Part shown: in pieces, positions 41,401 to 55,020 of the stretch
Numbering within the stretch: position 1 is the stretch's first letter
How the letters are laid out: every line of letters begins with the position of its first letter
From: Orbicella franksi
Lineage: Eukaryota
Assembly: GCA_964199315.1 (NCBI GenBank)
Contig: OZ116701.1
Coordinates: 11,470,001-11,534,000, forward strand
DNA length: 64,000 nt
Direction of reading: 5' to 3'
Made by a program: the position numbers and the translations under genes
The notes under the pieces: model-generated
The model's input: only the letters and a program-made list of their open reading frames with translations
Database searches by the model: none
What the model was told of the DNA's origin: nothing

Positions 41401-44400
41401 ATCAAACCAGACAAACCTGTTTTAGTTCAGCCACACTCAGTCTGTTCATCTTTCTCAGTTTCTTCTTGGAAAGCTTAGGTTGCTCATCTTCAGCTTTTTT
41501 CTAAAACAAAATTAAAAAAAAAAAAAAAAAAAAACACTTGTAGCTTTATTGTTCAAAACTTCAAAATTATAAAATTAACAACTAATATAAACTTTTCACT
41601 CTTACCACCATGTCTTCATCATCGTCGTCGTCGTCATCATCATCATCATCATTTGTGAGATCTTTAACTTCACTTTTCTTTGCCTCCACCTGCAATGCCA
41701 CAAGGCAAATCCTTCAACAAAGTTTGTCATGATCTAGATATTACAAAATACTCATACAGGTACAGCTGTTCTACTTACAGTTTCTTCCTTTTTGTCTGTC
41801 TTTTTCTGTGCTGCTTCGTTTTCCACTGGATCTGAGAGCTATGTCAGTGAGAGAGAGACAGAGAGAAGAAAATGACAATATTATTATAATAGTAAAATAC
41901 TTACCAGAGCACACAAAAGAATATTGCAAATATATAAAAGCCCTAGCATTTCTTTTGAAGCTCGTAATATCAACATTAGCTCTAGGTTATCAGACCTCCT
42001 CCTAGAGCAGTTTTGGACAACCACAAATCTGTTGACATCAAGTGCACAGTATAAAGCTTAGCAGCTAGAACTAGATTTATCAAAGCCAAGCATTGCTTTG
42101 ACAATAACAATCTTTATGTGAGGCAGGGAAGGAAAAAAATTTTGAAATTATTACAGTTGAGCCTGTGGTCAAATATTCTTTTTAAAAAAAAAAAAAAGGC
42201 ATACAAGCGAGGCGAAACGGTCAATACGAAGCAAAATTGACTCTTGCGCCTCATTTGCACGTCAAACCACTGATAACTGTAATAACAGCTATTGCCCAGT
42301 GGCCCAGTAAATTTCAGTTTTCAGTTGCTCACACTAAAATATTACTTGTCTATGACCAATAGGCATGCAAGGCTCATAAATTGTGTACCTTGTCAACTGC
42401 ATCATTTTCTATGTACTGTCAGTGATAGACTGTAATAGAGAACAAATGCAAGCAAAGTATACCTGGATTCTAAATTAATCCATGCTTTCAACTCATTGTT
42501 TTGTTCATCTTGCAGTCTTGAGGTTTGAAATTGATTTTGATTGGAAATTAGCACTAACAAGACTACTGAGGCTCACTTCACTTTCCCACCGGACCACCAA
42601 ACTTCCACTTTTACCTGCCTAAGAGCAAAATTTACTTGCCCCGGTAATTAGACAGCTCTGGGTTTCTCCTGCCACTTAGTAGCCACTGGAACATCACAGG
42701 GGACTAGAAACATTCATGGCTTGAACAGCAATGGGAAAATACTAATATTAGATATTGTAGCCAAACAAATTAGACAATACCTTAAATGCTTCAAAAATCT
42801 TGGCAAATGCTCTATAGTTAGGATCCAGTGGACTGATTGACTCTGTGACATATTCCACCTCAACATCATCTGTTTCTTCCACATCACGTGGCTGCTCCTG
42901 AACAAACTACATTCAATCACAAAAATTGAGAGAGAAAAACAAAACAGTCAGATAGGTTCAAACAATTTTGCAGCTTAATTTTTTTTATCAACAGACACCC
43001 ACGAGAGCTGCTGCACCTGCATTAAGTTTGAGAGTATGGTAAGTCAGTCCAGAGCTTTATTAGGCTAGCTGGAACATCACATATTAATTAGAAACATTAC
43101 TGTTCTCTGTGCCTACCAGAGGGGAGGGTTACAGTATCTTTTTCAAGTTACCCCTAGCACTTTGTCAGCTTATGAATTGGATAAAGCTAAGTGGAGTGAA
43201 GCTCTGTGAGAATACAACTTTATAACTGCACTTCTGTAAGACGCCATTTCTACTGATCATAACTGCACAAGAGTCTTTATGTTAGACATTAATAACCAGA
43301 CTCACCTCAATTTTCTTCTTTCTCTTCTTCTTCTTCTTTCTCTTTTTCTTGTCTTTGCTCTAAGAAGAAAGGAATTATTAATAATACTCACTTAGAGCAC
43401 ATTAAAATGAATTCAATATTTCACAGCTGAAAAACTACCTCTCATGAATGAAGTACCCTACTGTAAACGAGTTGTGGTGCAACCCATACCTTAATTTATT
43501 TCAGAAGTCATTTCTCTCGAGTTTTAAAGCCATTCTAAAACTTGACTTTGCTTGGAGCATGGGAGGTCTCCAATGTACCACTATCAACCCTCCCCCCCCC
43601 CCCCCCTTGCCACTTTCATTAGAATAGGAGCACTTACTGGAATAGGGAATCTCACCTCAAAAATACGTTTACATGTAACTGGTCACCTTTGATTTATTGC
43701 AGGCACTTTTCAAAAAGAGGACACTAAATAGAATTATTTAAGATTGACATAAAAAACATATTTTTCTTCCAACACACAAAATTGTAAATATCTGGGATGT
43801 AGTTTTATTTCCCAAATTCGTCTACTCTGCATACTTCTGCAGGTTGTGGTTGGTCAGCTTCGTCATTGTCCATCCTCTGTTCATCATCATAATACTGGTA
43901 ATCAGCTTCTTCCTCTGCCTCCTGTGGTAGATATCTCTCATTCGCCATCTCCAGCTCCACTTGCTGGGATTCACGGGCCCTGTCTTTGGGAGGAAAATAA
44001 TTGTCCTGTTCCTCCGCAGGAGGATAATCTACCATCACCCATGGCTCACTGTCGTCATAAGAATCTTCCTGGTATTCTTGAGAATAAGCCTGCGACTGTG
44101 GAATAACTTGCTCGTTAGGCGTGTAAAACTCATCTGCCTGTTGCGCATTGACTGGGGTAGATTCCTGCATCCAAGGCGTTGATGAATCTTCTGCTGAAAA
44201 ATTTCCCTCCGATGTGAATTGTTCGTGATCAGGTAAAGGAGCTTCTGACACTTGTTGTTCGACTTGAATTTGTACTCCTCGACTTTGTTCATCAGGGATT
44301 TGTTCATCAGGGATTTGTTCATCATGGATTTGTTCATCAGGGATTTGCTCATGTTGGAACTCTTCTCCTTGAATCTGTTCATCTTGGACTTGCTCATCTC

Positions 44401-47331
44401 GAGTTTGTTCATAAATACTATCTGGCTGATAAACAGCTGTGTCTGGGACTTCTTCTTGAGACAATATCCATGGCTCCTGATCGTGATCGGCCACAGCACG
44501 ATCTGAAAATTCTTCTTGCACTGATGCTTCCTCCTCTGCTTGCTCAACGTAACTTTGCTGCTCGGGTTGCACTGGCAAGTTGTCACCTACAACAGTCTGT
44601 GGCTCTAGTGGTGGTCTTTCCTCTGAAATTACAATTGGTGCTGGAATGTGAGGGAAATTCTCTGTTTTCACAATGACAGGATAATGTTGCTCTGAATGAT
44701 GTATTGGTAGATGAGTCTGTGTTATTGGTAACATCACATGCACAGGTTTTGCATCTTCGTCTTCTTGAAAATGGGTTTCTTGTTCAATGGCAATAGGTCC
44801 CTCTTGAGCAGCATGTTCAGGCTCAGCTGCAAAATAACAACTTATTTAGTGAGCACAATACAACCTTTGCTTTTAAAACAAAGCCACTTCAGACTAACAA
44901 CGCAGAGAACCCAAGGACATTCTCAAGGGCATTAAATCTTATTTTTCAAGACACCACTCTCACTTGAGAAAATCTATCTTTTTCTACTTTTTGAGTTACA
45001 ATGTATATGAAGTACATTTAACTTGATATACATGTATTTATATGCATGTGTCAAGTACAACTCAAAACATATCAAAGTTATGATGCTAGACGATCAAATA
45101 AAACAAAAAATTTCAATAACAGCACGTAGAACATGTTCAGGGATTTCTGTTAAGTACTTTTGAGCCCATTGTTTCTTTGTATCCTTACTGTTCCTGAAAC
45201 TTGTGTCACAATGTCACATATAAAGTCAAAATCCACACAAAAAAGAGGAAGTTGATAAAAAAAAACTCAAGATTCTTGGACACTTTTCAGTTACATGTAA
45301 GTTTGCCCGAACAATCATTCTTACTGACCCCCTGAGCCTCCTGGGAAATTTTTCTACAATGTTATCAACTGGTGGTGACAGGATCGGGAAGTCTAAAACT
45401 CTGATGGAAACTAAACTAACAATCAAGTTACTGATGCACTACTGAAGTCAACTTAGTGGATGACAAGGGAGGATCAATGAGGGATACAGGCTATTTCAGT
45501 CTACACCAGACTCAAAAAAAACCTTGAATTCCAGCTTGCTCTTGGGACAAGTAGCTCCAATATTTTGCTTGTCCTGGGCAAGGCTTAGTTTGCTCTTTTA
45601 ATGATTTAGTTGACAGATGACTTGCCTGACCTCTTGCCCATTGAGCAAATGAGAATGAAAAGTTACTTGCCCAGAAGGAGAATCTACACTGCACTTGTCC
45701 CAGACGAATGGACAACACTTTTTTCTAGTCCTGTATATGTATACAAAGAGTATAATTTACACCACATCAACAGGATGCCATTACACCAACCCCTTTTTTA
45801 CCTCTTTGGTAGAACAAGCACAAAGGAAAATTTTGCTTTTCTCAATATTTATAAAACGTAGCAAACTAACCTTCAGGAGGGCCACCTTCTTGGAATTGAG
45901 TTGGTTGAGGATTTGGTACCTGAAACATTTAGATAATATTAATAATAGCTTGAGTCTCTAAACAAATAATTTATCTATTACAGAGAAAATAAATATTATG
46001 AACAACCTGGTGTGTCAGAAATCTCATGTAGACATTCATGGACACTGTAAAAACAGCTCATCAGCTTTTATCATCATTCACACCACTCAATTAACAACAA
46101 ATTTAAAAAGTAAAGTACCCTGCCCAACTTGATGGATCATTTTAATAGGTTGGTATATGACTTACATAATTAATTCTGCATTCACTTGATCCATACTACT
46201 CCACACACAAATGGCTTTCATGAAAAGAACCCTGGCATAGTCAATCAAACCTATTGAACAGAATTTCAATTGAACTCAATCAAACTGAATCTGACTCAAT
46301 CCATAGATTGACTTCGATCTAGTTAAGCAATCAAAACCGAACTCAAACAAAGTTTGGTTGCCAGTCAAACACAATCTAATGGATTGAGTTCACATTGGGT
46401 TTTCTTTCTCTAATGGGGTTGGATTGGTTCAGAAATCAAACTCACATGAGCTATGGTGTTCAATTTCATTCAATTGCCAAACTCAGTCGAACTCAATCCA
46501 AAGATTGAGCTTGATTGAGTTTGATTTCTGGGAGTCTGATTGACTATACTGGGATAGAACTCTCAAAACTGTAGGCATAACTAAGTCTGGGGTTATATCA
46601 AATCTTGCCACTAATCCCTCCAGTGGGATTACCGAAGCTGTTGTCATGATGTCTCCAGACACCACACATCAACACAAATTTAAACCTGATTGTTTCCATG
46701 GCATTAATTGTGCTCAAGATGACAAATGACATACATGTAGAGGTGAATTAAGCAATTTTGGACAACATGAAACGAGCTATAGGTGGCAAACTACAAGCAG
46801 GCGGCAATATGGCTCTCATTTAACATTGTTTTGAATGCTCTTTTGATCATCAGACCTTACCTCGAGCTCATCTGACATCAAGCAAGCCAAGCTAAGTACA
46901 AAGTTAAGCTATAAAATAAGCTTGAAAATCTACATAAGCTTGCATAACTTGACGCTTGAACCTTACCGACACAAAATAACTGTGAAGTCTTGCTATCAAC
47001 TCCGCCTTCAAACCTTGGAACAAAAATAAAAACAGTAAGAAATAAGATAAATGTGATTTTAAGCTCGGTAAGTCTGTAGAATTTCTGCGTGCACGTGGTT
47101 CACCAACAAATTAAGCTTATAGCTTAATACATTCGAACAGACTGGAAAGTTGCAGTATGACTTCGCCAACTAACAAAGCAAAAACCATCTCAATCAGTTC
47201 AATTTAAGGCAAAGAAATGACTTATTTCCTAATCTACCTGAGGTTTGTAGTCCAAGCGACGATAACCGAGCTTTTAGTTCAACAACTTTCAACTTTTTCA
47301 GCTCCTCCAAAGAAGGGATCTCTTCCTCCAT
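32469..47331 (-). CDS. SF3B2: Splicing factor 3B subunit 2 (SAP145)
   Basis: Exons (minus): 47238-47331, 46967-47013, 45871-45919, 43835-44826, 43306-43359, 42781-42897, 41779-41838, 41606-41689, 41417-41500, 41104-41178, 39499-39558, 38895-38945, 38563-38604, 38169-38207, 37991-38052, 37723-37771, 37022-37219, 36199-36387, 35565-35617, 35028-35232, 34580-34603, 33852-33934, 33160-33247, 32469-32531. Hallmarks: N-terminal SAP-like motif, PDVVEMHDV, VPVPRHWCFKRKYLQGKRG, QRYGPPPSYPNLKIPGLNAPIP, FGYHAGGWGKPPVDE, C-terminal KKYKEFKF. N-terminal exons are less certain than the core. Confidence 0.95.
35661..35820. mobile_element. Palindromic MITE in SF3B2 intron
   Basis: agcctaaaacaatagacctcagtgcgaggctctggg / cccagagcctcgtactgaggtctattgttttaggct inverted arms. 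Confidence 0.7.
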
Positions 47332-47481
47332 GTTGGATGTTGCGGCCTCGCGACGTTGCCGCGATGGATCATGGGTGCTTTTACCGTGAGAGCCTGAACC
47401 GATCTCAAAGAACGCCTGACGGAAAATGGACAATTTGTGGAAAGAATGACTCGACTTTATGATTAGAGTTTATGGTTGCAT
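47332..47481. promoter_or_regulatory. Probable bidirectional promoter for SF3B2 and ELAC1
   Basis: Divergent start codons at 47331 (-) and 47482 (+), 150 bp apart; locally CpG-richer. Confidence 0.7.
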
Positions 47482-50400
47482 ATGGAACTTCACTTTCTTG
47501 GGACAGGCTCTTGCTATCCATCTCCCCACAGGGGAGCATCGTGCACAATTCTTCGGCACGATACTGGCTGTTGGATGTTTGACTGTGGCGAAGGGACTCA
47601 AATTCAATTGATGAAGAGTTCCATTAAACCAACAAGAATTAACAAGATTTTCATCACGCACCTTCATGGGGATCATCTCTTCGGTTTGCCTGGTCTACTT
47701 TGCACTATGGGAATCAACTGTGCTGAAAATAGGGAGCCCATTGAAATCTATGGGCCTGTTGGCTTGAGAAAGTTCATCAGAGTGTCTTTGGGGTTGTCAC
47801 AATCATTGCTTGGCTTTAGCTACTCAGTGAACGAGCTTCACTGTGTTACTTCAGGTGAATTTTTAAGTTTAGTGGCTCATCTGAGGCCATAAGGTTTCCT
47901 CTATATCAGTATTTTGGATACTTTATTTGTATTTAAATACATTTACAGGTGTAGGAAGGGATTTCAACAAATGCCCAATTAATCCACTAAACATTCAGGT
48001 AGAGGGGTAAGATGAGTCAAATTGTAGCAAGATGGTAGTACCCTTGTATCTGGGCCAATATGTAAAAAAAGGCTTCAAGGAATATAACATGGTTTACTTT
48101 ATTTGTGAATGATACAAGATAATAAACATCGTGGCCATTGATTTGCCTTCCCTTGTAATTGATGAAAGAAAACAGTAAGCACAACATGAAAAAAAGCATT
48201 TGGGGCAGCAGTCACATCAGACTAGCATATTCCAGTGGATATCTCTTTTGGTGCAGAAAATACTGTGTGGACATTAATGGAGTGGGGGAGGTGGGGGGCA
48301 CTTCTGATTTTAGCACTTGTTCAATGTTACACACATACAGTATATCCATGATACTTTATTCTATCTCAGAGCAGCCTAAAATAGGCTAGTATCTCCAAGA
48401 AAATGAAAGTCAAACTAAAGTAACACTATGTATAGTGAATAAAATATTAACGTAGAAGAAGTTACAATTAGCCAATTAATTTTTGTTGTCGAATAATTTG
48501 CTTTAATTAGGTCATTGAGACAAGAAATAGCTCATAGTCTGTCAGGTAAAGCATTCCAGAACTTAGCTGCTGTATAAGTAAAGGAATTCAAGCCTTAAGT
48601 GGTAGTGCAAGGTTTAGGAAGGGTGAGGATATCAGTTCCTCACATAAAATAGTCTATAATAATTATGTTAAATTGGCCAATTTCATACATGCATGATGAT
48701 ATAAGCCCTAACCAGTTGCAAAAGGGACCTTCCCAGTGAAGCCAAGCAGAGCTAATTGTCAGGCTAATCCATAGTTAATAGAGGGAAATGGTTGTGAAAC
48801 CCAACAAAGTTCTGTGTTCTATGAATGCAAAACAAAAGATTGTGCATGGTCGTGGACCTTCCATTATAAGTCTCGGCATCTTTGTTTGCTCCAGCCCTGT
48901 GATGTTTGCCAGGCTTCATAGACATTTCTCTATGGCAAATCTAAAACAGAAATCTCTGCCACAGATTAACATAATCAACTTATTAGAAATGGATTTGCTT
49001 CCTAGCCGAGGGATATAGTAAATTACTCATTACTTAGTGTCTTCATGTTGCAAAAACCAGACTCCATTGACAAGGTCTCTGCTGTACTGACTGTACTGAG
49101 AGAAAATCTTTTATGCAGGTTTTGCTCAAGACAGCAGTGTGGAATGGACACACGCCCTCTCTGCATCAGATAATCTGCACCCAAATGAGACTTCTGGGAG
49201 GACAATTTATGAAGGTGATAATGGCAAATGGCAAGTTTGTCAAGAAGGAAATTTAACTGTGTTTGCAGCACCCCTAAAGCACCGTGTTACATGTTTTGGT
49301 TATGTAATACAGGAGCAACAGTTGCCAGGAAAACTGGATCCTGATCTTTTAAAACTGAGAGGTATTTCTCCAGGGCCTCTTTATGGAAAGATCAAGAACG
49401 GAGAAACAGTCACAGCTCCTGATGGCAGCCTGGTGATGCCTGCAGATGTCCTGGGACCACCGCGTCCTGGCCGTAAAGTTGTTATACTTGGGGATACATG
49501 TGACTCATCAAGGATTATGGACGTGGCTTCTGATGCAGATATAGTTGTTCATGAAGCTACTCTTGAAAATGAACTGATCGAAACATGCATAGATCATGGT
49601 CATTCAACTCCAGGTATTTTAATCAATTTATTTATCACTAATGGCGCTCTTCAAGATTTAATTCAATATCAATATTTGAAGGCAGAGTTCTAGTGTAAGT
49701 AAAAGGTACTCTGTATTGTTTGTGAAAAAATAGTAAATTAAAATGTTTTAAATAAGCATTTGATACAATCACAACTCTATTGTTATGGTACAAATAGATT
49801 TGTCATATCGTTGCCATTTGTCAATGATTAATTTTTTTTTCCACTAAGTCTTAAGAGAAAATGCAAAGATGGTCAGAGGAAGCATGCTGCTTAATAACAG
49901 CCTTAACAAATGGGTTGAATTCATTCACTGCAAATAAAGAAATAAAACCTCATTAAGTAATTTTTGATTGTCAAGGTAACGATACTGACATTGTAATAAG
50001 ACATTACAAATCAAAACTATCATCAAATTGAAGGAAAAATGAATGAAAATTAATTAAATAGTGATCTTTAACTCCAGTAGAAAAACACCAAAGATGTGAT
50101 AAATCAATAAATCAATAACATTAATATATAAAGACTATTGTAAATGTTTTATGATACACCATGTGTCACATATAATAAATATTGTTATTTATTTAGTTTA
50201 GGTTCTCTAACATTTTAGCTGTTCTCAATTATTGCATTCATGCTTGCACTTGTGTTTGTTCTTATCCCACAGAAATGGCTGGGTACTTTGCAGCAAAAGT
50301 CCAAGCCAAGAAGCTTGTTCTTACGCATTTTAGCCAGAGATATATGGGTTTTGGTGACAAAAGAGCAACCAAGACTGGTGACTGTGTTAGCATAGAAAAG

Positions 50401-50490
50401 CTTGTTAGGCAAGCAGAAATAGCATTTAAATCAGACAGTGTAATTGCTGCTGAAGATTTTCTGGTCATCAAACTTCCCCTCAAACACTAA
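47482..50490 (+). CDS. ELAC1: Zinc phosphodiesterase ELAC1 / RNase Z short form, 361 aa
   Basis: Exons 47482-47854, 49119-49613, 50273-50490 (phases match, 1086 nt). Motifs: [38 protein letters not shown], exosite [31 protein letters not shown]; AATAAA at 50540-50545. Confidence 0.95.
48541..48645 (-). mobile_element. Decayed L2/CR1-like LINE 3' fragment in ELAC1 intron 1 (duplicated at about 61496-61600)
   Basis: Minus strand reads [32 protein letters not shown], similar to the L2/CR1 RT C-terminus. Confidence 0.55.
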
Positions 50491-51273
50491 TGATAATGGA
50501 TCTTGGGATAAGAAAATGCATACATGTATGTTGTGGTTTAATAAAGGTATATTGGTTTAAAATGTTTCAAACCAGGTTGATCTTTTTTTTCAGTCTCATT
50601 GTTAAAGGGCCATTATAATTATTGTAGCAGACTCATGCAGACCTCAATGAAGCTGTACTCCCCTTGAAGATATTGTGAGTGGTGACATGAAGTGGGGACA
50701 TGCTGCACTGACAGTTTACCTCATTTGACATGCCAGTAGTTCTGTTGCAGGAACAAAATTTTGTTCCTACGACATGCATGAAATTCAGATGGGTTGAATT
50801 CGTGCACCATGAAGCAGGGACAAAATGACCTCAATTCTCAGTGTTGAATCATGTGAACCACTCTAGAAACTGTCTGTACAACAACATAGAAGTGACCCAG
50901 TATCTGTTTCATGTGCACCAGCTTGCATACTGTCTCCACAGCATGCATGCTATGCATACACACTAAGGGACTTGTCCACACTTTGTGTCCTTATGCATTT
51001 CTCCTAGTGTGTGCCAACCTTTAGGAGAATAGGGAGAGGGAAGCTCCCCAGGGAGGGAGATGGGGATGGTACCCCCCTATGAAGATGAGGTGGGTGTGAT
51101 CATGGCACCTTCTTGGGGCTCAAACTCGTCACTTGGCATGTCTTAATGTTTTCAAATCTGAAATGGGGAGCAGTTCAGTTATTCTAGTATCTTGAAAAAT
51201 GTGACAAATTAAAATGACTCGTCAGAAAGAATTGGTACCTCTTGTGGGGTGATAGTGAAGTGAAACCACTAGG

Positions 51274-51466
51274 NNNNNNNNNNNNNNNNNNNNNNNNNNN
51301 NNNNNNNNNNNNNNNNNNNNNNNNNNNNNNNNNNNNNNNNNNNNNNNNNNNNNNNNNNNNNNNNNNNNNNNNNNNNNNNNNNNNNNNNNNNNNNNNNNNN
51401 NNNNNNNNNNNNNNNNNNNNNNNNNNNNNNNNNNNNNNNNNNNNNNNNNNNNNNNNNNNNNNNNNN
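51274..51466. other. Assembly gap (N run)
   Basis: 193 N. Confidence 1.
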
Positions 51467-52308
51467 ATATACTCCTTTTTGCAATAACTATGTGACTTGT
51501 CAATCATGCTCTGGAAATGAGAATACAGGAAATGGGGCAGGAAAACATTGCAACAGTCTGTACTCCAGGGAGGAGTTCAACTCCCTGATATAAACACTGC
51601 TTGTGGAGACATATTGCATTTAAAAACATCACAAAGGGCTAACAAAAATATAGATTGATTTACTTTTAATTAAGTGTGATATATTTGTTAATCACAAAAT
51701 GCAGCATTAAAATTTCACAATGAAATTAATAGCAATATTTTACCAGAGCAATTTTGAAAAGTCAAAACTTACTTCTAAGATTATTATGGACATTACAAAC
51801 AAAATTTGATTGACTGAAAGTGTGAGGCTGGCAGAATGAACTGAGATGTGCCAATAAACTAGCTAACTCGACCAGCTTCAATCCTTGTCTGATTTTGTTC
51901 ATCAGTCATGAACGTGTTTAAAATCATAATCTTATGTGATTGAGGAATCATTTAAAAAGAAATAAATATGCAGCCAAGACCTTTAGCTACATCATAGTGT
52001 CATATTTGCATATTCAGTTTAAGTAGAACATGTCACAATGTCACAATGAGTCCCTAGAAGGAATGCTGCTGCTGTTGTGTATAGAATACTCAGTATTTAC
52101 AAAATGAAAAATAACTTTTAAAATGTTATGGGCAGTGCACATTTTTATTGGATATTAGTGAGTATAGATTACTCTAAGGCATTATTTTTAGGAAGTGCTG
52201 CCTCTTATATGACTCATGAACAAATCATTGATAATTCTGAAAGTAAAGTTTGGGCTAGCTTTATATTTTGCCACCAATGTTAGTAATAGTAATTAAATTA
52301 CTATTCAA

Positions 52309-53481
52309 TCATATAACTGCAAATGGATGGAGATCCAATCCGCCCAAGGCATCTCCATTGAAATAATACACAGGATACTGGTTATTTGGCTGCTGCCCAT
52401 TTGGTCCAGCTCCACCTGCATTTCTCCAGTGCTCTCTGAATCGATCTATTTCTTGCCGTCTTTGTTCCCCCCTCAGGTTGTAAATGCCATTTCCAATGAG
52501 ACCTCCCAATGTCCCTCCTACAGCAACACCAGCAGCCCCACTCCAGGGACCCAAGACAAAAGCGATGGCACCAATGCATCCACCCACCCCAGCTCCTATC
52601 TGGGCACCTGGGGTTCTGAGGGTGAGTGAGACCCATGTGTAAATGACTCCAAAGGCAAAGAGTATCATCTCTATGACTTCTTGAAGAACGTAGATAAGGC
52701 CAGCTCCCAGAAGCTCAACAGTTGCAGGATTCTCCAAGATAAGCCGGAAGATTTGAACAACAGGAGGGAGTGCAATTCCCAAGTTGTCCTCATCAGGGTT
52801 CAGCACGGTGCTAGTTATGATCAAGAAGTTCCTGACATTCAAGATCGCCTCTTGAACCGTCATGGATTTCCCCTGAAGGGTCTGGAATTTTTTCGCATCG
52901 TGATAGGCCCCCTCTAGCAGGCTGATCAGGGACGTGTATCCGGCAAAGTGGCCTGGTTCGGGCTTCTCTGCGCTGGTGGAGATTTCAACGCTTTTCTTCG
53001 CCAAGGAATTGGAAATGCTATTCCTCAACACTTGCTGATGATGCGGGCAGAGGTACAGATCTCGTTTGCCACTTTTCACCTCTGCGGGATTTATGTTGTT
53101 GCAGGAAGGGTGACGACAGACAACTTTGGTCGACATGAAGTTGGGATCAAACTGAAGAAGCACGATTTCTTCGTATGCTCCCAGGTGACCAGGATTTCGC
53201 AAAGTCACTTTGTTCTCAAAGTTGACTCCAAAAAGCTTTCTAGCGTCGAGAAACTTGGATTTGCTCACTTTCGGCGGTGTTGAGACATTTTTGAGGTTGC
53301 GATGAAGATCTCGATGCCAAGCTTGCACCGCCTTTGACACGACTTCGCCATTTATTCGGCCGTCCAACTCCGATCTCAAATACGAATCCTCCATTTTGTT
53401 TCCAACATTTTGGAGTAAAGTCGCGACTTTTCTGTATTGTTTAGCCTTTGATATCTCAGCGTCAGATGCGACTACCGCCAT
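52309..53481 (-). CDS. Uncharacterized intronless 390-aa protein (gene X1): Cys/His motif, helical region and glycine-zipper hydrophobic hairpin
   Basis: Uninterrupted ORF in a good start context (agaATGG); TATA-like motif about 45 bp upstream; a conserved paralog at 58189-59589 differs only by in-frame indels. Confidence 0.8.
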   Translation of the reverse strand: MAVVASDAEISKAKQYRKVATLLQNVGNKMEDSYLRSELDGRINGEVVSKAVQAWHRDLHRNLKNVSTPPKVSKSKFLDARKLFGVNFENKVTLRNPGHLGAYEEIVLLQFDPNFMSTKVVCRHPSCNNINPAEVKSGKRDLYLCPHHQQVLRNSISNSLAKKSVEISTSAEKPEPGHFAGYTSLISLLEGAYHDAKKFQTLQGKSMTVQEAILNVRNFLIITSTVLNPDEDNLGIALPPVVQIFRLILENPATVELLGAGLIYVLQEVIEMILFAFGVIYTWVSLTLRTPGAQIGAGVGGCIGAIAFVLGPWSGAAGVAVGGTLGGLIGNGIYNLRGEQRRQEIDRFREHWRNAGGAGPNGQQPNNQYPVYYFNGDALGGLDLHPFAVI

Positions 53482-53524
53482 TCTTGAAGTTACCGTGTTT
53501 TCCTTGCAAAGGCTATTTGTCTTA

Positions 53525-53700
53525 TTTTATAGAACTCGTTGGGGGAAGCCCCTTCAATCGGCTCCCCATGCAAACGTGCCTTGGGAGAATTTTGCACTCG
53601 TCTGATAAAACATGAGCTCTTCAAACACGATATTATCCTTTCCTGTGCTTGATGACTTGGCACAAATAGGCTTTGGCACGTTGCCCTTTCACTTTCGATC
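53525..53700 (-). promoter_or_regulatory. Putative promoter of gene X1: TATA, kappaB-like and ISRE/IRF-E-like motifs
   Basis: Minus strand TATAAAA (53525-53531), GGGGCTTCCCCC (53541-53552), GAAAGTGAAAG (53686-53696). Confidence 0.5.
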
Positions 53701-55020
53701 ACGCGTTGAGAGCATTTTTGGGAATAAATTATTTACTTCTTGAAGCAAGATTAGATTTTCCCCTTCTCACTGTTTGGGTTCGAACAAATGGTGCTTCTTG
53801 GGAAAGGAAAATGTATTAATGTTACAGTTTTTCAAATAAAAGACTAAGGTAATATTACAGTTTTGCAAATCATCAAAGACTAAATCAACGTTAAAAATAA
53901 ATTTGATTTGATGAGCAAAGTAACGCGGGGAAAACCCCTGGGTTACGTCATTGTTATCTATTGTTCTCCGAAGATCTCGCAAGGTGGCCTGGGATACAGG
54001 TAAGGACTCAATATGGCGGCAAAGGCCGGCCAAACTTAGTGCCGGCTAAGGCACAACAGGGTCGCTGTGACCATGACACAGGCCCCAGGGATTTTGCATT
54101 AGACGGCTAGGCAAACGTACATCAGCCAAGATTATTGCAACTTGTTGCCTAAGAAACAAGAAACCTCTCAAGGACCTCAAGCTTTACGTGTAAGGGGATA
54201 CTGTATTAATATTGTTATGTGCTTCCTTTACGGAAAGGTTGTGATCCGTTTAATGTAGGAGCTCATCATATGTTTTTGTTTATAAATCGATCGAAAGATA
54301 ACAGGAATTACACTTTTAAAAGAACTATGAATACTAATTTTGCTGTCTAAAGTAGTCCCTATATTCATCAGGTCTTTAATCTTTAATAAGTATCCTCCTG
54401 AAACAGTGGAACTATACTAGGAGTTGAAAATAACATAATAAAAGCACGTAATAAATAATTGCAATATGTATATATACAGTAAAAATTATAAGTTAGTAAA
54501 AGATAAAATAAAATAGATTAAGTATAATCTCGTCGAGATAAGTTAGGACGTCTGAATATACATTATTATAGGTAGCTATTATTAAACTCCAGTGTACAAT
54601 TTCACAGCCATAACTTCTACTAATACAATTTAAACTTATACGTAAAGCCATGGGCTAGCTATGGAAGAAGACATATCCCAGTAACCTGAACAAGCTCGAA
54701 AAAGTATCACAAAAGAACAATCAAACTCTACCACTCCCTTGAAAAAATATCAGTATCACTAATGGGCACAGCTTACTCAAAAAACAAACAAACAAACAGG
54801 GAGGAACTATTGCCCCCTCCCCCCCCCCCTTCTTTTTTCCACACCAGTCCTGCAAAAAAAAAAAAAAATGAAATGAACACAATCTTACATGAAAGTAGTT
54901 GTTTGGGCTGTAACCCCTCCCTCCTGGTATTTATACCCCTGTAATGGTACCACACCATGAAGATCAATATAAAGATATTTTAATTCTAGAGTAATAAAAT
55001 ACAATAATTCTCAGGACTAA

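Noticed and set aside
46863-46908. Possible extra 48-nt in-frame SF3B2 exon (LNFVLSLACLMSDELE) with a strong donor
   Set aside because: The acceptor is ambiguous and the exon is not needed for frame; left out of the model without transcript data.
8631-50490. Functional link between hammerhead products (2',3'-cyclic phosphate ends) and ELAC1, which repairs cyclic-phosphate tRNA ends
   Set aside because: Only loose proximity (about 40 kb, two genes between); hammerhead PLEs are expected to be dispersed genome-wide, so there is no evidence of coupling.
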